From Octopus bimaculoides (lineage: Eukaryota): a stretch of DNA of 64,000 bases. Location of the stretch: the NCBI RefSeq assembly GCF_001194135.2, contig NC_068981.1:163029888-163093887 (forward strand). The letters run 5' to 3'. A program made the translations under genes and the position numbers. Every line of letters starts with the position of its first letter. The stretch's first letter is position 1. This document shows positions 52,753 through 64,000 of the stretch, piece by piece. Below the pieces are notes generated by a model. It did not search any database and was not told the DNA's origin. It saw only the letters and a list, made by a program, of their open reading frames with translations.

Positions 52753-53290
52753 GCCCTGATGCAGTACTAGACTGTGGCATGCCCTGATATAGTACCTGAC
52801 TGGAAGTGCTATCATGTACATTGTTTAGTCTTGGTATAAAAGATGGGCCACAGCAAATATTCTGCTCAATACCACAGACTTGCTTGTCAGCTGCTTGACC
52901 TTAACCATTTGAGTATGTCCCTTAGTGGCTGACAATATGTGCATCTCTGATCATGAGCAGAAGTAGTGGGGGAAGCATCATAGCCAAGTGTCGAGAGGAA
53001 TTTTTTGGGGTTTGGATAATTCACCTCTGGAAACATGGGTGTTTCGTTCAACATCTTTAAACAACTCTTATTCAGGGACCTTTTGAGCGGGATGGGCTAC
53101 TCGACCTGAAGAAAATTCTAACCAGGCCCCACCTGCAAAATCATGCACTGTTTATCTTCATATGAGATCACCATGGCATGCACATATGGTTGTGATGCAT
53201 GTGCCTGGTGTACCCTTATTCGATGGGTATACTGGGTTTCGTATATTTTACCCCAGTGTCAATTTGATGGCATGCACAGCTCTCTCACTC
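52748..53290 (+). repeat. About 520-bp dispersed element (family F here) bounded by (AAT)n on both sides
   Basis: A second diverged copy lies at about 61115-61600 (shared caaatattctgctcaatrccaca, gtttcgttcaacatc, ctcgacctgaagaaaattctaa). No ORF. Confidence 0.8.
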
Positions 53291-53495
53291 AATAATAATA
53301 ATAATAATGACAGAACATGCTCAGAAAACAGCTTTATTGGGGACAGCGAGGATCTTGAGATTGGTACTTGGGTGTTAAGTATTATAGAAAGAGACTCTGT
53401 GAGACTTTTAACAACAGGTTGCTGTCTGCTCTCACAGAATTAACTGGAGTAAATGAAATTGAGAGTTCTGAGTAGTGAAATGAAAATAATAATAA

Positions 53496-53698
53496 TCCTT
53501 TTTACTATAGGCACAAGGCCTGAAATTTTGGGGGAGTGGGCTAGTTGGTTACATCGACTCTAGTGCTCTACATCAATGCCGGAAGGATGAAAGGCAACAT
53601 CAACCTTGGCAGAGTTCGAACTCAAAACACAAAGATAGACAAAAAGCCACCAAGCATTTTGCCTTGTGAGTTAACAATTCTGCCAGCTTGCTGCCTTA
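53496..53698 (-). mobile_element. Family C SINE, single copy
   Basis: aataatcctttttactataggcacaaggcctgaaattttggggg...ctgccagcttgctgcctt. Confidence 0.85.
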
Positions 53699-53700
53699 GA

Positions 53701-53733
<33 letters not shown>

Positions 53734-53734
53734 C

Positions 53735-53801
<67 letters not shown>

Positions 53802-53852
53802 GCAGCAGCAGCAACAACAACAACAACCACAACAACAACAACAACAACAAAA
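53701..53852. repeat. Compound microsatellite (TAC)n(AAC)n(AGC)n(AAC)n
   Basis: Read directly from the sequence; abuts a family C SINE. Confidence 0.97.
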
Positions 53853-54854
53853 ATAACAATTTTGGGATACAGTGACAATAGAATTGGATAGAATGTTGAA
53901 TACTAATCAGAATTATGAGCTCTTTACCAGTATATGTTGCAAAAAGAACCAACACCACAATAGCATAACTAACTAACATACCAAGAAGCATTGCAACAAT
54001 GGAGGTGAAGCTAGACTTCTACATCATTGATGCTGTAGTTGTTGCTAGCCCTGCGCCACTGCCAACCCACCCCACTCACTCTGATCCAACAGACCACTGA
54101 TCAAAGGCGCCTCAAACAGTAACCATCTTGAATTGTCTTTGTTTCTTAAGATGTCATCATAATCGACACCATTATCACCTCATTGTCTCATTTCTATATA
54201 CTCACATATATGAAAGAGATCAGCTCTGATAGAGCAGATAGATCTATAATCACAAAGGTCTTCCAGCTCTCTTTCTCTCTCAATGCTACATTTCTTCAGG
54301 AATAGTTACTTCTTGAAATGAGTATCCGCATGCTGCTTCTTCGTATCATTTCTCCTCCTTTACTATTTTACATTTATTTCTCTATGATTAGAATAGCCAT
54401 GTTTTTCTAGTTAAAACAATTGTTTTCACAGCCAGATTTCCTTCCTCAGACCACATCACTCAGCCATAAAATGTCATACAAGGAGAGAAAGAAAGAGAAC
54501 GAGAGTAAAAATAAGACAATGGCAGTGGTTGTAGTTGGGCTTGAACTCACAACTATATGGTTAGTGGTTAGGCAAATTAACCACACACACCTCGATTACT
54601 GTGTCTTACAGGAGAGCCTATTTACTCTGCAAGAAACAGCAACTAGATCTCCATAATCTGATTAGTTATGAATGAAGTTTCATATTCCAATAAACTGGAA
54701 CACAACAAAACAAGAGCGAAGGGGGAGCCCCTCCCACCAACTATATATATAAATAAAAGAGAAATGAGATATTTTACCCAAAGATTTTGAGAAGCGGAAG
54801 TAAACTACTCCACCCAGATGCACTCCTGCACAAGCATAAGCACATGCACTCTTC

Positions 54855-54889
<35 letters not shown>

Positions 54890-57800
54890 GAGGAATCTGA
54901 AAATAATATTTCTAAAAAGTGCTGTAAACTGAAATGCTCAATAAACAAACCATTAAACAGAACTTTAAAATGATCTGAAATATGAATCACATATGTGAAT
55001 GAGGTATATGTATGTGTGTGTGTGTGTGTGAACATTTATATATATTCATTCATGAGAGTACAAGAGCAAACGAGACAGTGTGCATATGTGTGTATGTGTC
55101 TGTTAGGTTAAGAGTTTTTATAAATGACTGAAATAGGTTTGTTTTAATGGATGCAATTTTATTGAAAATAAGACACAAGTGGGCAGACATAAATTCAGTG
55201 ATGAATTCAGAGCAATGGATAAGGTGGAGAGTATATATGCAGATGAGGGTGGGTGTGTGGGTGTGTGTGTGTGTGTGTGTTTCTCACATGCACTGTCATC
55301 AGATGCAAAAAAACTGCCTTTTCCATAGCTATGACAAAAACTGAATTAAAATATATGAAAATAAAATAAAAAATAAATAAATAGAATTTATGAAATCATT
55401 AGATGGGTGTAGTAGATAATTTACTCGTATTTATTGACTGACAGTGATGGTAATTTATTTTTGATGTAATTAAGCAAAGGCATTAAAGAATTTGGATAGG
55501 TGTAAGTAATGGGCAACTGCCTTAATTTCAACCAGTTAAAAACAAATAAACAAACAAACAACAAAAAGCACATGGATGATTTAGTTTAAATAATATATTT
55601 ATAAGTGTTTGTATGACATAGCACAGCAGCATGAAATTACCCAAAATCAACAAAATATACAAAAAAAAACCCCAAAAACATGTAATCAATAAATACAATT
55701 AGAGAAATATGGTAGCATTCTCTGAAGGCACTTAAATTACATTTGGAGAAAAAAAAAACAAAAAAAACTGATGTTCCGAATGGTTGTGGTCAACCTAGGG
55801 TGATGTTTCCATACCAAATTGATCTTCTATTTGACTGGATCTTCAACCATTCAGATTATTCTGCCAAATCTAATGCTTATTTATTCACACTGATTTGAAT
55901 TAATTATGCATTATCTTGTTGCTTTGGGATTTCAGTATGATTGTATATTTTTAGAATGACATATCTGGATAAGTATGAGTCCAGATCTGGTTGGTTTGAA
56001 CATAAAACAAGCAGAATATTTAGGCAAGATTTGGCTGGTTTAAATGCTAAAGGGTTAAGCCTACAAGTGGGCTATTATATCGTTCAGTCTACAAGAGTTG
56101 CCAAATCACATACTGAATCACCACTGATTCAAAGAAAGGTCACATTGGATAATGTAGTCTTAGATGGGCTATGCATGAAGAACAAAATGACCCAGTGGTT
56201 ATGGCTGGAAGAATTTTAATCATGCCTGCTTGATCAGAACTGATTTAATAGATAAGACAAAGTAGTCCTGGGTGGGATTTGAACCATTGTCCAACATTTC
56301 ACATCTTTCTTTTTTAATTCATGGTCATGTAGATTTCTACTTGATGTTAGAACTGGGTGTTTGGATTTTTGCAGCTGAATATAAGTGTTGGTGCTAAAGA
56401 GTCAACTACCAATCAGAAACATAAACTGATTATTAACCATGCATTAATGCACTTCTTAGAAACATCACACACACACACACACTCACACAGTTGTATCATG
56501 AGTGGGTCATTCATTATGACTGCAATAAACACACACTTCTTTATTTGTCATTTTGCCAATTGGTTAACAGCTCAATCAATTAGGTTTATCAAAGTCCTTT
56601 CATTGCCATTTGTGATCTCATCAACAGCATGCAGAGACTGTTTCAGATCTGTCTGTCCATCAGGTCAGTCTCTCTCCTGGTTTACAGGTTCTATATTTAT
56701 GAGTGAGAATGTATGTGAGAGAGGGACTGAGAATGGGGAAAAAAGAATGTATAGGCATATATGAGAGCATATATGTGCATTTGTGTGGTGTAATGAACTC
56801 TGTGAGAGAATGTGTGTGTGTGCCCAAAATTTACACACACACACACACATAACCTTTGAAACAGGAATCAATATAATCTGAATCCAGCCAGGAAGACAGC
56901 TAAGTAATATCTCACTGCCCTTCTTGCTGCTGACAAAAACAAACAAAAAAAACCCAAAACACCTACACTCTTAACATCTTGTGTAACATGAATCTATACA
57001 GCATTGCATCTGTCTGTCAGTAACATCTGAAAACCACAAGAATTTAACCAGCCTTGTTTATATTTGTTTTAAAAGAAGTCGGAACTGCCTAATCCAAGGG
57101 AGAAAACTTTAATGTCTTCCTCTATCAGTTACATCATTCTGTATCATGCATTAACACTGATCCATGTGTTGCAATTTTTTTGTCTGAAATCAATTTATTC
57201 AAATTTTCATTGAAAAATGGTCACTAGTCATTATTCAAGTGACAAGTCATTAATGAATTAAAGGTAGATAAGACATTAGATGTGATACCCTCAACGATAT
57301 ATCAATTTCTTCCTTGCACATTATGTCTGTCTGTCTTCAATCCATCAAATTTTTACAGTTAAAGACTCAGGCAATATATTACTTCAAGATTGATTGGGCA
57401 CTGAAGCTTTTGCAGATGTAGTTGGTCCAATCTAGGACTTAATGAGAGGGCTGCTACATTCTCCTCTTGAGATCTTGTAAGTGATATCACTCTTGAGACT
57501 AATATTTGAATGCAGAACAAAAGGAAGAGGTCAACTTTATTCTTACATACATCGATAAAATTCATACATACTTGATTTTGTTGTTTTTGATGAAAGTAAC
57601 AGTTTACTTACAAATGTCATAATAGATAAGGTGCAAAAAGGTCAGGAACAAAAATTTTTTCCGATGTTTATGTGTTTATGTCTCTGTTATGATAATAATC
57701 CAAGGAGCTTTCTCCTGATGGTTCTTTCTTTTTGGATTGCTTGGCACTTCTTTATCCAATCTCACCCTCCATAAGTATCATGTGACTGTGCCAGTGAAGT

Positions 57801-59856
57801 CTTCTCGTTAGTATGCTAAATTTAATTTTTCCTATACCTACCAAACTTTTCCCTCAACTCATTTACGCTATGTCTATCTATTTACACAGAATGCAAGATA
57901 AATCAGAAGAATTGAAATAAATTTAAATAATGCAAAAACTCACTATAGATTATAAGAAAATATTAAAAGAATGTAAGCACATTCTTTCTGTATAACTGAC
58001 GTATTAGAAAAAAAAACAAAGTCTTCAGATAGACTGTTTTACAGTTTGTTGCCTACTCCTCAGGGAAAACATACCTGGCTTCTTTCCTTAATCAATATGA
58101 GCTGCTAATAAAGCAGCCATAAATTAGGTTAACAAAGTGATGGATAGCCTAATTTGGATATTTGTGCTTTTGGTGGCTTGTCATTAACTAAACGATGTCT
58201 ATTTACACAGCATAAATCATAAGAAATTAAATTCAAATATCATTGTGAATTAAAGAAGAATAAGAATGTAAACACATTCTTTCTATACTATTGATGGTCA
58301 AAAAAGAAAGTAGGCATTGACTGACTGACAGTTTTACACTTTGTTGCACACGAACATTAATCCTCTAACAGAGCATACTTTGCACATCCTCTTCAATAAG
58401 CACCCTATTTCACAAGCATTCATCACACTTTGAACACAAGCATCACACAATCTGCTGAACGCTTTTCTTGCAAATCAAACACGACCACTAGTGTATTCTT
58501 TTCTGCCACTAAAAACTTCTCACATTGACTATGTCCTTGAGACCACACTCTACAATCTTAAAAATCACAGAGCATATTGAATAATAATCTTTTAGATAGA
58601 CTACACCAGAACAAAAAATAAATAAATAAAATTAAGGTGGTCTACTTGATTAGATCTGACAAACAGCAGTACAACTACAGTAATACTGTACTCACATTAC
58701 TAACACAACCTGTACTCACATTACTAACATTAACCTACAACACACTAACAAGAGAGCTTCTATATCATGAAACAACCATGTAGATACATTAGCCAAATCT
58801 ACATCAAATCATTGCTGACCATTTTACAATAGGGTAAGATATATCAGATAAGGGAATCTGAACATGAACACCTTTAATTATAGGTCTAGTGGACAGGAGT
58901 TAGCCTGGGGTTGAAAAACAATAACTATTTGAAAAGAATCAATATGGAAATATGTATGATGAAATAAAGTGGTTTTTTTTGTTTTTTTTTTGTGCCTTTG
59001 GTTTCTCAGCTAATCGCCTTAAACTAAGAAACAATAAGAAAACAAAAATACTACAAATATCTTGTAAATGTATACATACTGAAATGCAGAGAAAACAAAT
59101 GTGTGCACGTGTGCACACACACATATACACGTGTGTATGTGTTTTATTTGTGTATAGAATATGTGTAAGTATACTCTTTCGTTGGTTAAGCAATTCAAAA
59201 ACTCCCAACACACACACACACACACACATGCCTACATACAAATAAGTTTATATATGAATTCATATATTATCATATATGAGAATATATATAAATACACACA
59301 CACACTTGCATGATTACTCACTCACATACGCATATACATAACAGACAGTGGCAGCGGCAAAAAAAAAAAGAAAAAAAAAACAACAACAATAAAGTGAGAC
59401 AGATTTTTACAATAATTGGCAGCGACACCAATGACCCAACTCACTATAAACTCTTGCTTGCTTTCTCACACATAAAATTGACCCCATATCAGGCTGCTTA
59501 GTTATATAAACTGGCAAATATGAGTTATCCAAAGATAAAAAAAAAATGTATTATGGAAGAAACTAGAAACTTATTTCACAGCAGATATGAACTAAGGGGT
59601 GGTGGTGGTGATGGTGATATAATAAGGGATGCGAAGGGAATGTTTGTTTTTCTTCTTTGCCTTTTACCCTCCAAAATTCAAGAGTTGCAAGTGTTTAAAT
59701 CAGATGGAAACATGTGTTATAAGTTTAGATAATATAAAGTAACACTTTCAAAACATCCTTAAATAAATAAATAAATATATTCCACTATTGCTACTAGTTG
59801 TGATATTAATAATAATAACGATAATAATAATAACTAACAACACCAATAATAACAAC

Positions 59857-59986
59857 TGTTTCCACTATAGGCACAAGGCTTGAAATTTGGGAGAGGGAGC
59901 TGGTTGATGTAATCAACCCCAGTATTTGACTGGTACTTATTTCACTGACCTTGAAAGGATGAAAAGCAAAGTCAATCTCGGTGGAA

Positions 59987-60032
<46 letters not shown>

Positions 60033-61110
60033 CCTTTGTACTATAGGCACAAGGCCTGAAATTTTGGGTGAGGGGGACAGTCGATTAAATTGATCCCAGT
60101 ACTCAATTGGTACTTACTTTTATTGACCCTGGAAAGATAAAAGGCAAAGTCGACCTCAGCAGAATTTGAACTCAGAACGTAAACACGGATGAAATGCCGC
60201 TAAGCATTTTGCCTTGCATGCTAATGATTCTGCCAGTTTGCTGCCTTTAACAACAACAACAATAATAATCCTTTCAACTATAGGCACAAGGCCTGGAATT
60301 TGACGGGAAGGGGACAGTCAATCACATTGACCCCAGTACTTGACTGGTACTTAACTTATTGACCCCAAAAAGTAAAAGTCAACCTTGACGGAATTTGAAC
60401 TCAGAACATAGCGACGGGTGAAATACTGTTAAGTATTTTGCCCAATGTGCTAATGATTCTGCCAGCTCACCACCTTTAACAATAACAGTAATGATAATTC
60501 TTTCAAATTTTGGCACAAACATTGGCCAGTAATTTTTTTTAGTTGGAAGTGGTTAGTCATTTATAATGGCCTCAGTGCTCAACTGGTACTTTATTTTATC
60601 AAGGCCAAAATAATGAAAGGCAATGTTGACATTGGTGGGATTTGAACTCAGAGCGTAAAGAGCTGGAGGAAATGTGGCTGAGCATTTTGTCTGACATACA
60701 ATTCTGCAAGCTTGATATTACACTGACCTTGATTACACTGACCTCAGTGCTCTAATTGGACTTATTTTATTGACTCTGAAAAGATGGATAAAAAACGAAA
60801 TGAACAGCAGTAGAATTTGAACTTGGGACATAAAAAGCCACAAGAAAAACTGTGAAGCATTTTCACCAATACATTAGCAATTCTGCCAACTCACCACCTT
60901 TAATGGTTCCAAACTTTTTGGTAGAAGGCCAGCAGTTTTGAGGTAAGAGGGCAGGTCAATTACATTGACCCCAGTGCTTGACTAGTATTTTATTGACACC
61001 AAAAGGATTGAAGGGTAAAGTTGACCTTCGCAACAGCATTTAAAGATCTGGAAGAAATGCTGCTAAACATTGTCTAATGCATTAATGATTCTGTCAGCTC
61101 ACTGTCATAA
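59857..61110 (-). mobile_element. Tandem cluster of at least five family C SINEs separated by (AAT)n/(AAC)n
   Basis: Units start near 59857, 60033, 60270, 60498 and 60903, plus a partial internal duplication at about 60716-60900. All are in the same orientation. Confidence 0.88.
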
Positions 61111-61114
61111 TAAT

Positions 61115-61600
61115 AAGATTACAGGCAGTGGCTCAAGTGGCTTCTGATCTTAGCTATTTGGAAGTGTTAACATGTACATGTTTTGCCTTGGGCTACAACA
61201 AATATTCTGCTCAATGCCACAAATTTGCTTGTCAGTTGCTTGACCTTAACCAGTTGACAATATGTTAATTTCTGATCACAAACAGGAGTAGTGGGGGAAC
61301 ATCATAGCCATGTGTTGAGAAGAATTCTTTGGGGTTTGAATAATTGACCTTAGGAAACATGGATGTTTTGTTCATCATCCTCAAACAACTCATATTCTGG
61401 GACCTTTTTAAGTGAAATGGTCTACTTGATCTGAAGAAAATTCTAATCGAGACGCACCTGCAAGGCCACAAGCAGTTTATCTTGATATGAGGTTAGCAAG
61501 TCACACACATATGGTTATGATGCATGTGCCTGATATACCCTTATCAGGTGGTCAGTCATGATGAGTATATTGGGCTTTGTATATCTGTACACTTAACAAT
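61115..61600 (+). repeat. Second copy of the family F element
   Basis: Colinear similarity to 52800-53260. Confidence 0.8.
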
Positions 61601-61879
61601 AATGCTATTTAATTTAGGAATTAGCATTCTGAAGGTGTGATATTGAGGACAAATTAGTTTGATGCTACATGGACTGAAAGGTAAAGAGCCAGAACAAATA
61701 CTGCAAAGCATTTTTCTGAAACTAATGATTCTACCAATCAACCTACCATTAATAATAATAATAATAATGATGATGATGTTAATGATAATAAAATGAGCAT
61801 AATCAAAGAATTGAAAGCCACAGATCTCAGTATGGACCACTGATTGTACCTCCCAAAAAGTAAAATTGATAATAAAACA

Positions 61880-63768
61880 ACATCAATAATAAATAGCAAT
61901 ACCTGGCAATCGAAGAACTAATAACCACAGAAACAAATAATATATGCAACAGCCTCTGTGAACACTAAAGTAGCTGAATACCCACTAAAACCCATCCAAA
62001 CAAACCCTGTGGATGAATAATATCCAGACAAAAATAGAAAATAAGAGAAAGGATCTGTCAATCCTTAATGAAACAAGCAAACAATCAACACTACTAAGCA
62101 ACAAAAAGAGAAGAAAAATACTATGTAAATACAAAATTATAGAACAAGGTATACTTGAGGTAAAAGAACAGTTAAAGCAAGATATCCTTGCCAAAGCACA
62201 AAAAATCTGCCAGTATGGGAAATGCCAATGTTTCTTTGAACAAAACAAACAGTTCAACTCCAACCCCAAATAATTCTACCAAGAAAGAAGTCAACCAAGC
62301 ACTGCAAAAACTAAGCAACAGGAAGGTACCCAGGCATGACAAGATCCCCAACTTCTGGTTAAAATACCTAACAGAAACACATAAAAAGCTGGTTGAGAAA
62401 TTTAATGAAATATTAGCAGAGCCAGAGACACTGGCTGAATGGCTTACAGAAGGGAAAACTATCCTAATTCCCAAATCCACTGAAACGACAAACCCACAAG
62501 AGACCGATAACTTATCTCCCTACAATTTACAAAGCCTTTACTGCAATATCACAGAGAACGAGCAAGCATCTGGAAGAAAACAACCTGTTTTCAGAAGAGC
62601 ATAAGGGATGCTGCAAGGGCTTATACGACTGTAAAGATCAGCTACTGATCAATAAAGCCATAAATGAAGACAACCGCAGAAAGGAGAAGGGTCTAAGTAT
62701 GGCCTGGATGAATTACTGAAAGGCTTTAGACAGCATTCCTCACATATGGATCCTAGAAACACTAGCTATGAACAAAGTAGCACCAATAATCATAAAATAT
62801 ATAAAACATTCCATGAATAAATGGCAGACAATGCTACAGCTCCAGACAAAAGAGGGACTCATAAAAATCAAAGCCATCCCCATTAGAAGAGGAATATTCC
62901 AGGGCGACACACTCTCTCTACTCCTTTTCTGCTTGGCACTGATACCTTTATCTGACATGCTAAACAAAGCTGGATGTGGATACTACTGTTATGTCAAAAC
63001 AATCAGCCACCTCTTATATATGGATGATCTAAAACTGTACACTACAAATGATAAACAACTGGAAACATTACTACAGAGAGTACATTGATTTACCAAAGAA
63101 ATAAACATGAAATCTGGCTTACAAAAATGTACCAAAGCAACCTTGAAAAGAGGAAAACTAGTTAAGAGAAGCAACATCACACTAGATAAAGCGAATGAAA
63201 TAAGAAAATTAGACCAAAACCAAACATACAAATACTTAGGAATCAATGAACTAGACACGATACAACACACACAAATGAAAGAGAAAATAAAAAGAATACT
63301 ATAGACGAGTTAGATTAATACTGAAAACAGAGCTCAATGTGAGAAACAAGATAATAGGCATCAACACTCTAGCTGTCTCAGTTATAAGTTACAGGTAGAA
63401 TATTCTTAACTGGACTCTACATGAACTAATCAAAATAGACAGGAAACCCCCAAAAATAATGACTGGATTTTGGATGCACCACCCAAAATCTTACATAGAA
63501 AAGTTATATATGCAATATATAGTAGGTACATCAAGTATGATAAAAAAATATTCAGACAAATACATAACAAAAACATCAGGACTAACAAATATGTATAACA
63601 TACAGAAAATAGCACTACTAAGCATTGCACACATCCTATGTAAAACACTTTCAATACAGTATGAGCATCACAACAAACCACAGCACATACCCAAGGTACA
63701 CAGAGCTGCACTCAGAAGTGTAGTGAAAGGATGTGATGAAAATAAGACCACTGAATAATAATAATAAT
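61880..63768 (+). mobile_element. Decayed R4/Dong-clade non-LTR retrotransposon, internally deleted, with (AAT)n tail
   Basis: Frameshifted ORF pieces carry RT motifs KVPRHDKIPNFWLK, EWLTEGKTILIPK, RRGIFQGDTLSLLLFCLALIPLS, ISHLLYMDDLKLY and TYKYLGINE. The C-terminus IQKIALLSIAHILCKTLSI is typical of R4/Dong. The element ends in aataataataataat. Confidence 0.88.
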
Positions 63769-64000
63769 TGTTTCTCATTTAAACACAAAGCCAACAATTT
63801 TGAGAGGAGGGGTAAAGCCAAATGATCAACATTTGTACTGAAGTCTGCTGTTGAAGCTCTAATGATTCTGTAAATTCATTCCCTTATAATAATTTTTTCA
63901 CTATACATTTACTTCTACAAGAGAAACAACAGAAAAATCTTTTGAACCAAGGCAGGACAGTCAGGTGGATGCTTGATCTATTAGAAACCACTCTGTTAAA

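Noticed and set aside
53545-53856. ORF ending in poly-Tyr/poly-Gln
   Set aside because: It is a SINE read into a (TAC)n(AAC)n microsatellite; no splice context or homology.
34830-58730. Short perfect tandem duplications (about 28 bp at 34832-34886, about 24 bp at 58686-58729)
   Set aside because: Ordinary slippage events with no further structure.
50222-64000. Upstream Pbx homeobox exon (RRKRRNF...PYPSEEAKEELA)
   Set aside because: Searched by eye and not found; it presumably lies beyond the window.

Overview
AT-rich, microsatellite- and SINE-dense animal genomic DNA with six assembly gaps. The repeat style suggests an octopus or other coleoid cephalopod, which is inference only. The window holds the 3' half of one gene on the minus strand, a Pbx/extradenticle TALE homeobox gene. 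Three exons are well supported: 50221-50074 (homeodomain helix 3, [30 protein letters not shown]), 36640-36507 (LNGDSYQG...VGANVQSQ) and 9339-9232 (VNALRHVISQTGGY). They match, from memory, vertebrate PBX1a exons 6, 7 and 8 in sequence and intron phase. A candidate last exon starts at 2030. The upstream PBC and homeobox exons lie beyond base 64000. The introns (about 13.4, 27.2 and 7.2 kb) contain decayed RTE, CR1-like, R4/Dong and Hero-like retroelements, a Tigger/pogo transposase relic, piggyBac-like and mariner-like MITEs, and several tRNA-derived SINE families. The most interesting signals are: (1) a vertebrate-like PBX a/b frameshift-exon layout; (2) a conserved YxPQG motif hidden just past the exon-8 donor, implying several alternative C-termini; (3) a SINE/microsatellite fold-back that could be an ADAR substrate; (4) an (AAT)n retro-insertion hotspot. 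I found no CRISPR array, rRNA or true tRNA gene. Repeat boundaries are approximate.
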